A DNA stretch of 64,000 bases from NCBI GenBank assembly GCA_004376895.1, contig SOIH01000236.1, forward strand, positions 6,452-70,451. The letters are read 5' to 3'. Within the stretch, counting starts at the first letter, position 1. Each line of letters begins with the position of its first letter. The position numbers and the translations under genes were made by a program. This document shows positions 37,722 through 46,005 of the stretch, one piece after another. The notes beneath the pieces are model-generated. The model saw nothing but the letters and a program-made list of their open reading frames with translations. It was not told the origin of the DNA and did no database searches. The stretch is from Anaerolineales bacterium (GTDB lineage: Bacteria; Chloroflexota; Anaerolineae; Anaerolineales; E44-bin32).

Positions 37722-39874
37722 TTGAAACTCCCTGGGGTGTCCAATTGCTCGGTGGAAGGTTTGCTTTCTGTCTTACGAAGGATCAGGCGCATATCGAGCG
37801 CAACCCCTCCGCGACCCTCTTCATACACGATAAAGGGATTGATATCGAGTTCGGCGATCTCGGGGAAGTCCAGGACGAGTTGGCCGATTCGGAGCAGAGC
37901 GTCGACCAATGTCCCCTTATCAACAGGCGGCTCGCCTCGCACGCCGTCGAGCAGGGCTTTAGCGCGGATCTCGGTGAGCATCTGCTCAGCCCCATCGCGC
38001 GAGAAGGGTGCGATTCGGAATGCGGCATCCTTTAAAGCCTCCACGTAAATTCCACCAAGACCGAATGTAACCAGAGGGCCGAATTGGGGATCGCGATTCA
38101 TACCGATGAGGATTTCCAATCCGGAGGGCACCATCTTTTGGACCTGACACCCCCATAAACGCGCTTCCGGGAGATAGCGCTGCGACCGATATGTGATCAA
38201 GTCGAAAGCGTCGCGCACATCCGTTGGATTCTGAAGGCCGACTTTCACGCCGCCGACGTCGGTCTTATGCAGGATGTCAGGCGAGGCGATTTTTAAAACG
38301 ACGGGATATCCCATATCCGCCGCAATCTCGACCGCCTTTTCGGCTGTTTCTGCAATCTCTGAAGGGGGCGCTTGAAGACCATAGGCAGTGAGGATTGACT
38401 TCGCTTCCGCATCCCCTATTGAAAGCCTGCCTTCATCGAGGACACGGTCTATCATCTTGCGCACGGTCTTCTGATCGACATCGAAACTTTCGAAACTGGG
38501 AAGAGGTCTGGCGCGATATTCTCGATAATGGCTCATCGCTTGGAGTACCATCGCCGCGCGCTCAGGGAAGGAGAAGTTCGGTACGTTGTGTTTGGCCATG
38601 CATTTAATGCCGGCCTCGACGCGAGCTTCGCCCATGAAGCAAGCCAATATGGGAATGTCGACTTTATCGCTGATTTCGGCGATCACCTCGGCGGTTTCTA
38701 CGATCTCGGTCATGGCTTGCGGCGTAAGGATGACGAGTACGCCGTCGACCGATGGACTCCCAATGACCTGCTCAAGGGCAAAGCGATAGCGGTCGGCGCG
38801 CGCATCTCCCAGAACGTCAATGGGATTAGCTGCGCTGGCCGCGTCAGGCAGGAACTGCTCGAGCGCCTTTATGCACTCCGGTTTAAACCGAGCGAGCTTT
38901 AAGCCGGCTCGCTCCAGAGCGTCCGTTGCAAGGATGCCAGGGCCGCCCGCGTTGGTCACGATCGCAATGTGATCGCCTTGAAGGGGGCTAAGATAGCCAA
39001 ATGCCCGAGCCATGTCGAATAAGTCTTGAAGAGAATGAGCTCGAAGGACGCCCGACTGTCGGAATGCGGCTTCATACGCTTGTTCAGACCCAGCCAGCGA
39101 GCCCGTGTGGGAGCTCACCGCGCGGGAGCCGGCTTGCGTAACGCCAGATTTCAGCGCCACGATAGGTTTGAGCTTCGAGACCTCGCGCGCCACGCTAATG
39201 AATTCTTGCCCATCGGGCAGCCCCTCCATATAGGAAAGGATGACGTTCGATGTTGGATCTTTTGCCCAGGCGCGCAGCAGATCGACCTCGCTAACATCGG
39301 CTTTATTTCCCAATGAGACGAATTTACTCAAGCCCAATCTGCCGGCTTGTGCCCAATCGAGAATTGCAGTTCCTAACGCTCCGGACTGGGACATGAAGTC
39401 CATCGGACCCTTCGGGGGCAGGCCAGCGGAAAACGAGGCGTTCATCGGGATCACAGTGTTGATCACACCCAGGCAGTTCGGACCGATCAGGCGGATGTTG
39501 TATTCGTTGGTGATCTCGATAAGCTCTTGCTCCCGCTCGAGTCCATCCATGCCCGCCTCACGAAAACCGGCGCTGATTACGATTACCGCTGGGATTCCTT
39601 TCTCGCCGCAAGTACGCATCGCATCGGGTACCAGGGGGTACGGGATTACGATGACAGCCAGATCGATTGGGTCTGGGATATCTGAAACAACGGGATATGC
39701 GGGAAGACCAAGGATTTCGTCGGCCTTGGGGTTAATCGGATAGACTTTGCGGCCATCGTGTAGGAAGTCGCCGTTTACTAAATTGTCGAGTACGGCATAC
39801 CCTAATTTTGAGGTGTTGGTCGACGCGCCAATGACTGCTATGGATTGGGGAGCGAAGAAAGCATCAAGTGACAA
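37718..39874 (-). CDS. ADP-forming acetyl-CoA synthetase (fused alpha/beta; CoA-binding + ligase-CoA + ATP-grasp)
   Basis: FFAPQSIAVIGAS...KLGYAVL, SGALGTAILD, GNKADV, and a C-terminal ATP-grasp (YPVVLKIASPDILHKTDVGGV). The TTG at 39874 (MSLDAFFAPQS) with GGAG 8 nt upstream is preferred; the ORF track starts at 39946. Confidence 0.85.
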   Translation of the reverse strand: MSLDAFFAPQSIAVIGASTNTSKLGYAVLDNLVNGDFLHDGRKVYPINPKADEILGLPAYPVVSDIPDPIDLAVIVIPYPLVPDAMRTCGEKGIPAVIVISAGFREAGMDGLEREQELIEITNEYNIRLIGPNCLGVINTVIPMNASFSAGLPPKGPMDFMSQSGALGTAILDWAQAGRLGLSKFVSLGNKADVSEVDLLRAWAKDPTSNVILSYMEGLPDGQEFISVAREVSKLKPIVALKSGVTQAGSRAVSSHTGSLAGSEQAYEAAFRQSGVLRAHSLQDLFDMARAFGYLSPLQGDHIAIVTNAGGPGILATDALERAGLKLARFKPECIKALEQFLPDAASAANPIDVLGDARADRYRFALEQVIGSPSVDGVLVILTPQAMTEIVETAEVIAEISDKVDIPILACFMGEARVEAGIKCMAKHNVPNFSFPERAAMVLQAMSHYREYRARPLPSFESFDVDQKTVRKMIDRVLDEGRLSIGDAEAKSILTAYGLQAPPSEIAETAEKAVEIAADMGYPVVLKIASPDILHKTDVGGVKVGLQNPTDVRDAFDLITYRSQRYLPEARLWGCQVQKMVPSGLEILIGMNRDPQFGPLVTFGLGGIYVEALKDAAFRIAPFSRDGAEQMLTEIRAKALLDGVRGEPPVDKGTLVDALLRIGQLVLDFPEIAELDINPFIVYEEGRGGVALDMRLILRKTESKPSTEQLDTPGSFK

Positions 39875-40020
39875 GAATAGGGCTCCAAGTGTATTTAGAT
39901 GTAGTGTAATCCTTCTGGTTTCTCGAATCAATGAGAAGGATAACAATCAAGAATGCCGAATGTCGTGAGTTAGGTTAGATCCGCCTCGCCAGACAGGAGA
40001 CGATTGAGACTTGCAGTCTT

Positions 40021-40686
40021 CTAAGTTGTTGGTGCCATGGTCTTGGAGAGCAAAGCCGCTATTGGCGTGAAAGAGCGGCGGTGGACGGGTGAAGGTCCAA
40101 GTGCTGCCAGTGCTTCCCGATGAACTCTCGTGCCATACCCCTTGTGCCGGGGGAAGCCGTACCCCGGATAACGCTCCTCTAGCCCGATCATTATATTGTC
40201 GCGGGTTACTTTTGCGATGATTGATGCGGCTGCGATGGAGAGCACAATCGCGTCGCCTCTGGGTAGCGCTGTCTGCGGGAGTTCAGACTCTGGCAGCAGG
40301 ATGTGATCGATCAGGAGATGATCCGGGGAGGGATCGAGTTCATGTATGGCACGGGTCATCGCGGAACGGGTGGCCGGGATCAACCCCAGCGTGTCTACCT
40401 CTTCGGCAGTCGCCTGGCCGACACCGATCGCAGAGGCGATTTCTAGAATTATTCCAGCCCAATGGTTGCGTTGACGGGCGTTTAATAGCTTAGAGTCACG
40501 AACGCCGTCCAGTTCGCTTTTCAGGTCGGATCTCTCAAGAGGAAGAACGACGGCTGCTGCAACCACAGGACCTGCCCAAGCCCCTCGCCCTGCTTCATCA
40601 ATGCCGGCGATTATTGCTATACCGTCATTATGAAGAGCGAGCTCGAGTACGAGATCGGGGGCACGCCCGCGGTCATTTCTTGTCAT
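40021..40686 (-). CDS. rnhB: Ribonuclease HII
   Basis: IAGIDEAGRGAWAGPVVAAAVVL and DSKLL motifs. Confidence 0.9.
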   Translation of the reverse strand: MTRNDRGRAPDLVLELALHNDGIAIIAGIDEAGRGAWAGPVVAAAVVLPLERSDLKSELDGVRDSKLLNARQRNHWAGIILEIASAIGVGQATAEEVDTLGLIPATRSAMTRAIHELDPSPDHLLIDHILLPESELPQTALPRGDAIVLSIAAASIIAKVTRDNIMIGLEERYPGYGFPRHKGYGTRVHREALAALGPSPVHRRSFTPIAALLSKTMAPTT

Positions 40687-41398
40687 AAATTCCTTTTATA
40701 TTGTTGAGGCGAATACGAAAGAGATCTGCGAACATCGTGGCAGAGTCGCGCAAGATGCGCACCCTGCTCCCCGAGTTGAAATACCAGTTAATCGGGATCT
40801 CGATGACCTGCATACCACGCTTCCTGGCGATGAATAGGATCTCGACATCGAAGGTCCAGCCGGCGATCGTCTGTAGCGGAAAAAGTTCCTCAGCTGCATC
40901 CGCCCGGAAGCATTTGAAGCCGCACTGGGTATCCTGCAGACCGGGAAGCGTCACAACCCGGACGAGAAGATTAAAAGCCCGCCCGATCAGGTGACGGTAA
41001 TAAGGCTCGTCATAACGAACTGCGCCGGGTATTTCGCGCGATGCAATGGTAATATCGAAGGGAGGAGCCTGGGGAGGGAGAAAGAGGTTCACCTCCTCGA
41101 TTGGCATAGAGAGATCTGCATCGCAGATAAAACGAAAATCACCTTTTGCTGCAAGCATTCCTCTACGGACAGCCAATCCTTTCCCGGCAATCGGTTCTTG
41201 AAGTGCTTGAATCTCGGGATGGCGGTCCGCGTAATCCTGGCTGATCTGCGCGGTGCCGTCCGAGCTTCCGTTTTCAACGATGATGATTTCAGACAGGTAG
41301 GGCTGGGCATGGACGAACTCGAGGATCGCCTCTAAGCTCTGCGGCAGTCGATTTTCCTCATTGTGGGCGGGGACGATGATCGATAGGAGAGGGGGCAA
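40673..41398 (-). CDS. Family 2 glycosyltransferase (polyprenyl/dolichyl-phosphate sugar synthase-like)
   Basis: LSIIVPAHNEENRLPQSL...IIVENGSSDGT...CDADLSMP. Overlaps rnhB by 14 nt. Confidence 0.85.
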   Translation of the reverse strand: MPPLLSIIVPAHNEENRLPQSLEAILEFVHAQPYLSEIIIVENGSSDGTAQISQDYADRHPEIQALQEPIAGKGLAVRRGMLAAKGDFRFICDADLSMPIEEVNLFLPPQAPPFDITIASREIPGAVRYDEPYYRHLIGRAFNLLVRVVTLPGLQDTQCGFKCFRADAAEELFPLQTIAGWTFDVEILFIARKRGMQVIEIPINWYFNSGSRVRILRDSATMFADLFRIRLNNIKGIYDKK

Positions 41399-41424
41399 CT
41401 AAGGCTCCAGTGTCGCTGGTGGAC

Positions 41425-42303
41425 CTAACCGTAAAAGCTGTAGGAAATCACCAAAATGGTGAGGATGCTCAGGATAATCACTTCGAAGAACACCAAAATA
41501 CCAAGGAGGATCCACTGGCGCCGCGAGAACGGGAAGCGACTACGTTTCAAGGAGCGCTCTTCCCGCGGGGCGAGGGCAGGAGCATCCATATCGAAAGCTG
41601 CATCCAGCTCGGCGGGGGATTCCTCGGGCAGTTGGATGGGGTCGACAGGTCTAGGTTCAGGCTCGGGCTCCGGAACAGGCTCAGGAATGGGCTCTGCTTT
41701 CTGTCTGGTTGGTTTGGTCAAAACTTCGGTTAATTCAAGGATGTCATCCTGGTTCATAATGGCTTGAAATTGGTTCACATTTGCAGCGAAGTGGTCGACG
41801 GCGTCAGCCTGGACAATACGCGCCCGAGGATCGGCGGTGTCGACATGAGTCTTGGGATTGGTGAAGAGCAGGATCGCCTCGACTTCTGGGAGAGCGTAGC
41901 CCTTTTCCCGCAGGTAGTCGTGAACTTCCTGCGCCATTATCAGAACTTGGGATTGTAGATTCGGGCGGACAGGTGCGAAGCGGCGTGAGCGTCCACCGCC
42001 GTACTTCATCCAGGCCTCTCCCTTCGCCCGATAAACGCCGACGAGTGGGCTTGGCAGAATCACGCGCACACCTTGCGGACTGAGGAGCAGCATCGGGATC
42101 GTGGTCTTTGTGCCGGGGAGAGGTAAATTAAAGATAGCTAAATGATCGTGACCAAGTGTCTTACCTAACTTTTCATAGGCGTCATTCTGGGCTTCCATTT
42201 CGCCATACCACTTGCGTCCGTGCTGTAAAGTCCCCCTAATACGGCTCTCCAGACTGATGGTGCCCTCTTCATCGCGGAATTCAGAACACTCTATGCGTTT
42301 CAT
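41425..42303 (-). CDS. NERD-like domain protein with PE-repeat linker and C-terminal TM anchor
   Basis: The HLAIFNLPLPG...IPMLLLSPQGVRVILPSPLVGVYRAKGEAW...NLQSQVLIMAQEVHDYL...EAILLFTNP pattern resembles NERD. It is followed by PEPVPEPEPEPRP and a C-terminal TM helix. The family call is tentative. Confidence 0.5.
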   Translation of the reverse strand: MKRIECSEFRDEEGTISLESRIRGTLQHGRKWYGEMEAQNDAYEKLGKTLGHDHLAIFNLPLPGTKTTIPMLLLSPQGVRVILPSPLVGVYRAKGEAWMKYGGGRSRRFAPVRPNLQSQVLIMAQEVHDYLREKGYALPEVEAILLFTNPKTHVDTADPRARIVQADAVDHFAANVNQFQAIMNQDDILELTEVLTKPTRQKAEPIPEPVPEPEPEPRPVDPIQLPEESPAELDAAFDMDAPALAPREERSLKRSRFPFSRRQWILLGILVFFEVIILSILTILVISYSFYG

Positions 42304-42443
42304 GATAAGTCCTTAATCCGAGCGTTTGGTTTTCTTTCTCAACGCACTGCTTTGTCTAGAGAGATTATAAAGCAGACATAAACCATGACAAGCTGTGAAA
42401 ACTGAGCTATTTTGAGGATATAATCAAATTTAAGAGGTGCACA

Positions 42444-43766
42444 GTGTCTCGAAGGATAGTCATCACGATTTTCTACCTGCTTTTATTCGCATTCATCATG
42501 CCGATAGGAGTGAGTGCGCAGGAAGGGAATCGTGTGTATTTATTGGAGGCGACGGGACCCTTAACACCCACGATGGTAGAGTACCTGGAGCGGGGGATTG
42601 GACAGGCGGAGCGGGAAGGCGGCGAGGCGCTTATCTTCCAGATCGACACGCCTGGCGGATCCATTGATCTCATGAACCGGATGGTGCAAGCGATCCGGGG
42701 AAGCCTGGTCCCGGTAGTGGTTTACGTCGCCCCTCGAGGAGCGATTGCCGGTAGTGCGGGCACAGTCATCACATTAGCCGGGCATCTCGCCGTTATGGCG
42801 CCTGAAACTGCAATTGGGGCAGCGAGCCCGGTTGGGATGCAGGGAGAGGATCTCGGCGATACTATCGAAACCAAGGAGAAGGAGATTCTTAAAGCTACGA
42901 TTAGGGGCCTGGTAGCACATCGGGGGGAAGAAGCCAGGAATTTAGCTGAAGCGATGATTGAGTCCGCTAAGGCAGTATCCGCTCAAGAAGCGCTTGATGC
43001 TGGCTTAATCGATTTTGTCGCCGGCGATATTGAAATGCTCCTTAATCAAATTGACGGCCAGAAGGTTGATGCGCATGGAGAGCGCGTCCTGCATACGGGA
43101 AATGCGGTCGTCACGGAGGTCCCCCAAAATTTCATCGAGCAATTTCTCCAAGTCCTGACCAATCCAAACATCGTCTTCTTGCTGCTTTCAGTCGGGGTTC
43201 AGGCTATTTTAATCGAGATCTCTCAGCCAGGCGGTTGGATCGCCGGCTTTATCGGGATCATGTGCCTGGCTCTGGGAACATATGGTCTCGGGGTTCTGCC
43301 TGTGAACTGGTTTGGATTGATTTTCATCATCACCGCCTTTGTGCTCTTTATTCTGGAGATTAAAGCCCCCACACATGGAGCGTTAACGGTGGCGGGTTTA
43401 GCATCGTTTATCATAGGCTTTCTGGTCCTGTTTAATTCACCTACAACGCCATCCTTTTGGCGTGTTTCTGTCCCACTTGTGGTAGGAACTGGCGTTGCGA
43501 TCGCGATTGGCTTTCTGACGCTCCTGACCTTTGTGATTCGCGCTCAACTTCGGCCGGTTGAAGTTGGCGCCGAGTCATTGGTAGGGCGTACCGCTGAAGC
43601 ACGTTCGGATCTCTCGCCCGGGGGTATGGTTCAAGTTGCTGGAGAGCTCTGGAGTGCAATCCTCGAGGACGACGAGGACGAGATCACAAGCGGCGAGAGG
43701 GTCGATATCATCGGTGTAGATGGAATACGGTTACGTGTACGTCCATGGGAAAAGAAGGGCAGTTGA
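42444..43766 (+). CDS. NfeD-family membrane-bound ClpP-class serine protease (long form)
   Basis: GPLTPTMVEYLERGI...IDTPGGSIDLM...APRGAIAGSAGTVITLAG, several TM helices, and a C-terminal OB-like domain (GMVQVAGELWSA...VDIIGVDGIRLRV). Confidence 0.85.
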   Translation: MSRRIVITIFYLLLFAFIMPIGVSAQEGNRVYLLEATGPLTPTMVEYLERGIGQAEREGGEALIFQIDTPGGSIDLMNRMVQAIRGSLVPVVVYVAPRGAIAGSAGTVITLAGHLAVMAPETAIGAASPVGMQGEDLGDTIETKEKEILKATIRGLVAHRGEEARNLAEAMIESAKAVSAQEALDAGLIDFVAGDIEMLLNQIDGQKVDAHGERVLHTGNAVVTEVPQNFIEQFLQVLTNPNIVFLLLSVGVQAILIEISQPGGWIAGFIGIMCLALGTYGLGVLPVNWFGLIFIITAFVLFILEIKAPTHGALTVAGLASFIIGFLVLFNSPTTPSFWRVSVPLVVGTGVAIAIGFLTLLTFVIRAQLRPVEVGAESLVGRTAEARSDLSPGGMVQVAGELWSAILEDDEDEITSGERVDIIGVDGIRLRVRPWEKKGS

Positions 43767-43817
43767 CTCGGAATAAACCAGCTTGTAAACTATCGCGTAC
43801 GTAACAAGGAGGGCGCG

Positions 43818-44378
43818 ATGCCATCATCAGATTTCCGCATGATCGTTCGCACTGGACCGAACCCTGGGACAGTCTTCGAGCTGACGAAGGAGGTCTCGCT
43901 CATTGGGCGTGATGTAACAAACGATGTCGTTGTTGGGGACGCGGAGGTCTCACGACAGCATGCCAGAATCACGCGCACTCCTGGAGGGTATGTCCTAGAG
44001 GACCTCGGTTCAACCAATGGCACATTTGTCAACAGCGAACGACTAGTGGCTCCGCGGGTGATGAACCCGGGCGATTTGGTTGCGCTAGGAGAAACTGTAT
44101 CCTTAACTTTCGACGCGACTGCACCGGAAGCCGCGGCGACGGTTGCCCAACCGGCTGCTACCGCAGAGCCCGCGAAACCTGCCGTGCAAGCTCAACCAGC
44201 CGCGCCACCGAGCCCGGCGGTAGAAGACCTGGCGCCTGCAAAGAAAGGCAGGAAGCCGTGGCTTCTGGCGGGTGTGGGATGTTTCGTTCTGATCATCGCT
44301 TGCGGTGGATTCATATGGTTCATGGATGCCTTCTACCACGAGATCCTATATGCGCCTTTATACTGGTTAGGTTTTTAA
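43818..44378 (+). CDS. FHA-domain protein with A/P-rich linker and C-terminal TM anchor
   Basis: VSLIGRDVTNDVVVGDAEVSRQHARITRTPGGYVLEDLGSTNGTFVN, followed by PAAT/AQP repeats and a TM helix. Confidence 0.85.
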   Translation: MPSSDFRMIVRTGPNPGTVFELTKEVSLIGRDVTNDVVVGDAEVSRQHARITRTPGGYVLEDLGSTNGTFVNSERLVAPRVMNPGDLVALGETVSLTFDATAPEAAATVAQPAATAEPAKPAVQAQPAAPPSPAVEDLAPAKKGRKPWLLAGVGCFVLIIACGGFIWFMDAFYHEILYAPLYWLGF

Positions 44379-44402
44379 TAACCAGGAGTATTTTAAGAAG
44401 TG

Positions 44403-44433
44403 ACGGGGCGGATCACTCCGCCCCGTTTTTTTT
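44403..44433 (+). terminator. Rho-independent terminator after the FHA gene
   Basis: 10-bp stem ACGGGGCGGA / TCCGCCCCGT, loop TCAC, then TTTTTTT. Confidence 0.85.
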
Positions 44434-44536
44434 GTACATCTAATCTATCTCGTCATAAAGGGATGGCAGAAGTTTGTAACTTCAGGGGCTCTCCTGCATC
44501 CAAAGGAGAAGCGATAATAAGCTTGAGGAGACAGTT

Positions 44537-44947
44537 ATGGAGATGGAAATTACCTTTCCCGGAGGTGCGCGTGTAGACGCCCACTTCGGATCGTTTACGA
44601 TAAATACGGACCAATCCCCGCAAGGAGGTGGAGAAGGATCGGCGCCGTCGCCCTTTGCGACCTTCCTGGCATCCCTTGGGACTTGCGCGGGGATCTACGT
44701 CCTTAGTTTTTTGAAGCAGAGAGGGTTACGCACAGAGGGAGTTCGCATCATTCAAAGGACACATTCTAATCCGGCAACGGGATTGATAGAGCAGTTTGAT
44801 CTTGAGATCCAGCTTCCTGAGGATTTTCCAGAGAAGTATAAAGAGGCACTGATCCACTCTGCGGAGTTATGCGCGGTGAAGAAACATTTTGATGATCCCC
44901 CACGCTTTAATATTTACACAGAGTCCGTTGAACTGGCGATAAATTAA
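44537..44947 (+). CDS. OsmC-family protein
   Basis: GGGEGSAPSPFATFLASLGTCAGIYV...AELCAVKKH. Confidence 0.8.
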   Translation: MEMEITFPGGARVDAHFGSFTINTDQSPQGGGEGSAPSPFATFLASLGTCAGIYVLSFLKQRGLRTEGVRIIQRTHSNPATGLIEQFDLEIQLPEDFPEKYKEALIHSAELCAVKKHFDDPPRFNIYTESVELAIN

Positions 44948-44981
44948 ATATTTCATACTACAATCAAGGGTGGAGGTCGAG

Positions 44982-45779
44982 ATGTCTAAAAGGCTTACCG
45001 TCCTTGTTGTGCTTTCCTTGGTCATTGTCCTCGCCGGTGGAGCGATCTTTCTGCGTGGTCGGTTACCTGTTGCCGAAGATATCGGTGAAGTTCCCCAAGA
45101 AACCGAAGAACTCCAGAAAGTTACTGCCACTGTAGAGACCGACTTGTATGCTGCGGCGCGCGATCAGATGGTCGAGCGTGGGATCATCGCTTACGGGATT
45201 GTCTCTCCTGAGGTGATCGCGGTAATGCGACGAGTCCCGCGGCATCAATTTGTCCCTGATGAATATTTACATCTGGCGTACGAGAACAACCCGCTTCCCA
45301 TCGGCTACGGGCAGACGATCTCGCAGCCCTACATCGTTGCGTTAATGACGCAGGAGTTGGATGTCGAGGCAGGAGATAAAGTCCTGGAGATCGGGACCGG
45401 CTCCGGATATCAAGCGGCGGTTTTGGCAGAGTTGGATATCGAGGTCTTCACGATCGAGATTGTCGAACCGCTGGCACTCGAGGCCGAACAGCGCTTGGAA
45501 GAACTCGCCTACGAGAGCATCCATGTGCGCAATGCAGATGGATATTTCGGTTGGCCGGAGGAGGCGCCCTTCGATGCGATTATTGTTACCGCTGCTCCAG
45601 ATAATATCCCGCAACCGCTGCTTCAACAATTGAAGATTGGCGGAGTTCTTGTGATCCCGGTAGGACCTATTGGCGGCGTTCAGGAATTGTGGCGGGTTAC
45701 GCGTCTGTCGTTGGATGAGTTTCAATCCACCAGCCTTGGCGGCGTTCGCTTTGTGCCTTTTACTCGGACCCTGGATTAG
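44982..45779 (+). CDS. pcm: Protein-L-isoaspartate O-methyltransferase with N-terminal signal anchor
   Basis: VPRHQFVP, QTISQPYIVALMTQEL, VLEIGTGSGYQAAVLAEL. GGTGGAGG RBS precedes the ATG at 44982. Confidence 0.88.
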   Translation: MSKRLTVLVVLSLVIVLAGGAIFLRGRLPVAEDIGEVPQETEELQKVTATVETDLYAAARDQMVERGIIAYGIVSPEVIAVMRRVPRHQFVPDEYLHLAYENNPLPIGYGQTISQPYIVALMTQELDVEAGDKVLEIGTGSGYQAAVLAELDIEVFTIEIVEPLALEAEQRLEELAYESIHVRNADGYFGWPEEAPFDAIIVTAAPDNIPQPLLQQLKIGGVLVIPVGPIGGVQELWRVTRLSLDEFQSTSLGGVRFVPFTRTLD

Positions 45780-46005
45780 ATCCATAAACCGGCTTCGGCT
45801 CAACAGCATATCGATAATACCTGATCAGACGGCAAGCGTTTCCGCTTATCGTGTTCTGGTTCTCATCCACAAGAACGCGGCGTTGAAAATCATCACCTTA
45901 AATAGTTTCAAACCAAGCCGAACGGACTTTTCGAAGTGGCAACTAAACCAGGGGTTCCTCGGTATTTGTAGGAAAACTCAAGTTTTTATTTCAACAGAAT
46001 GGGAT

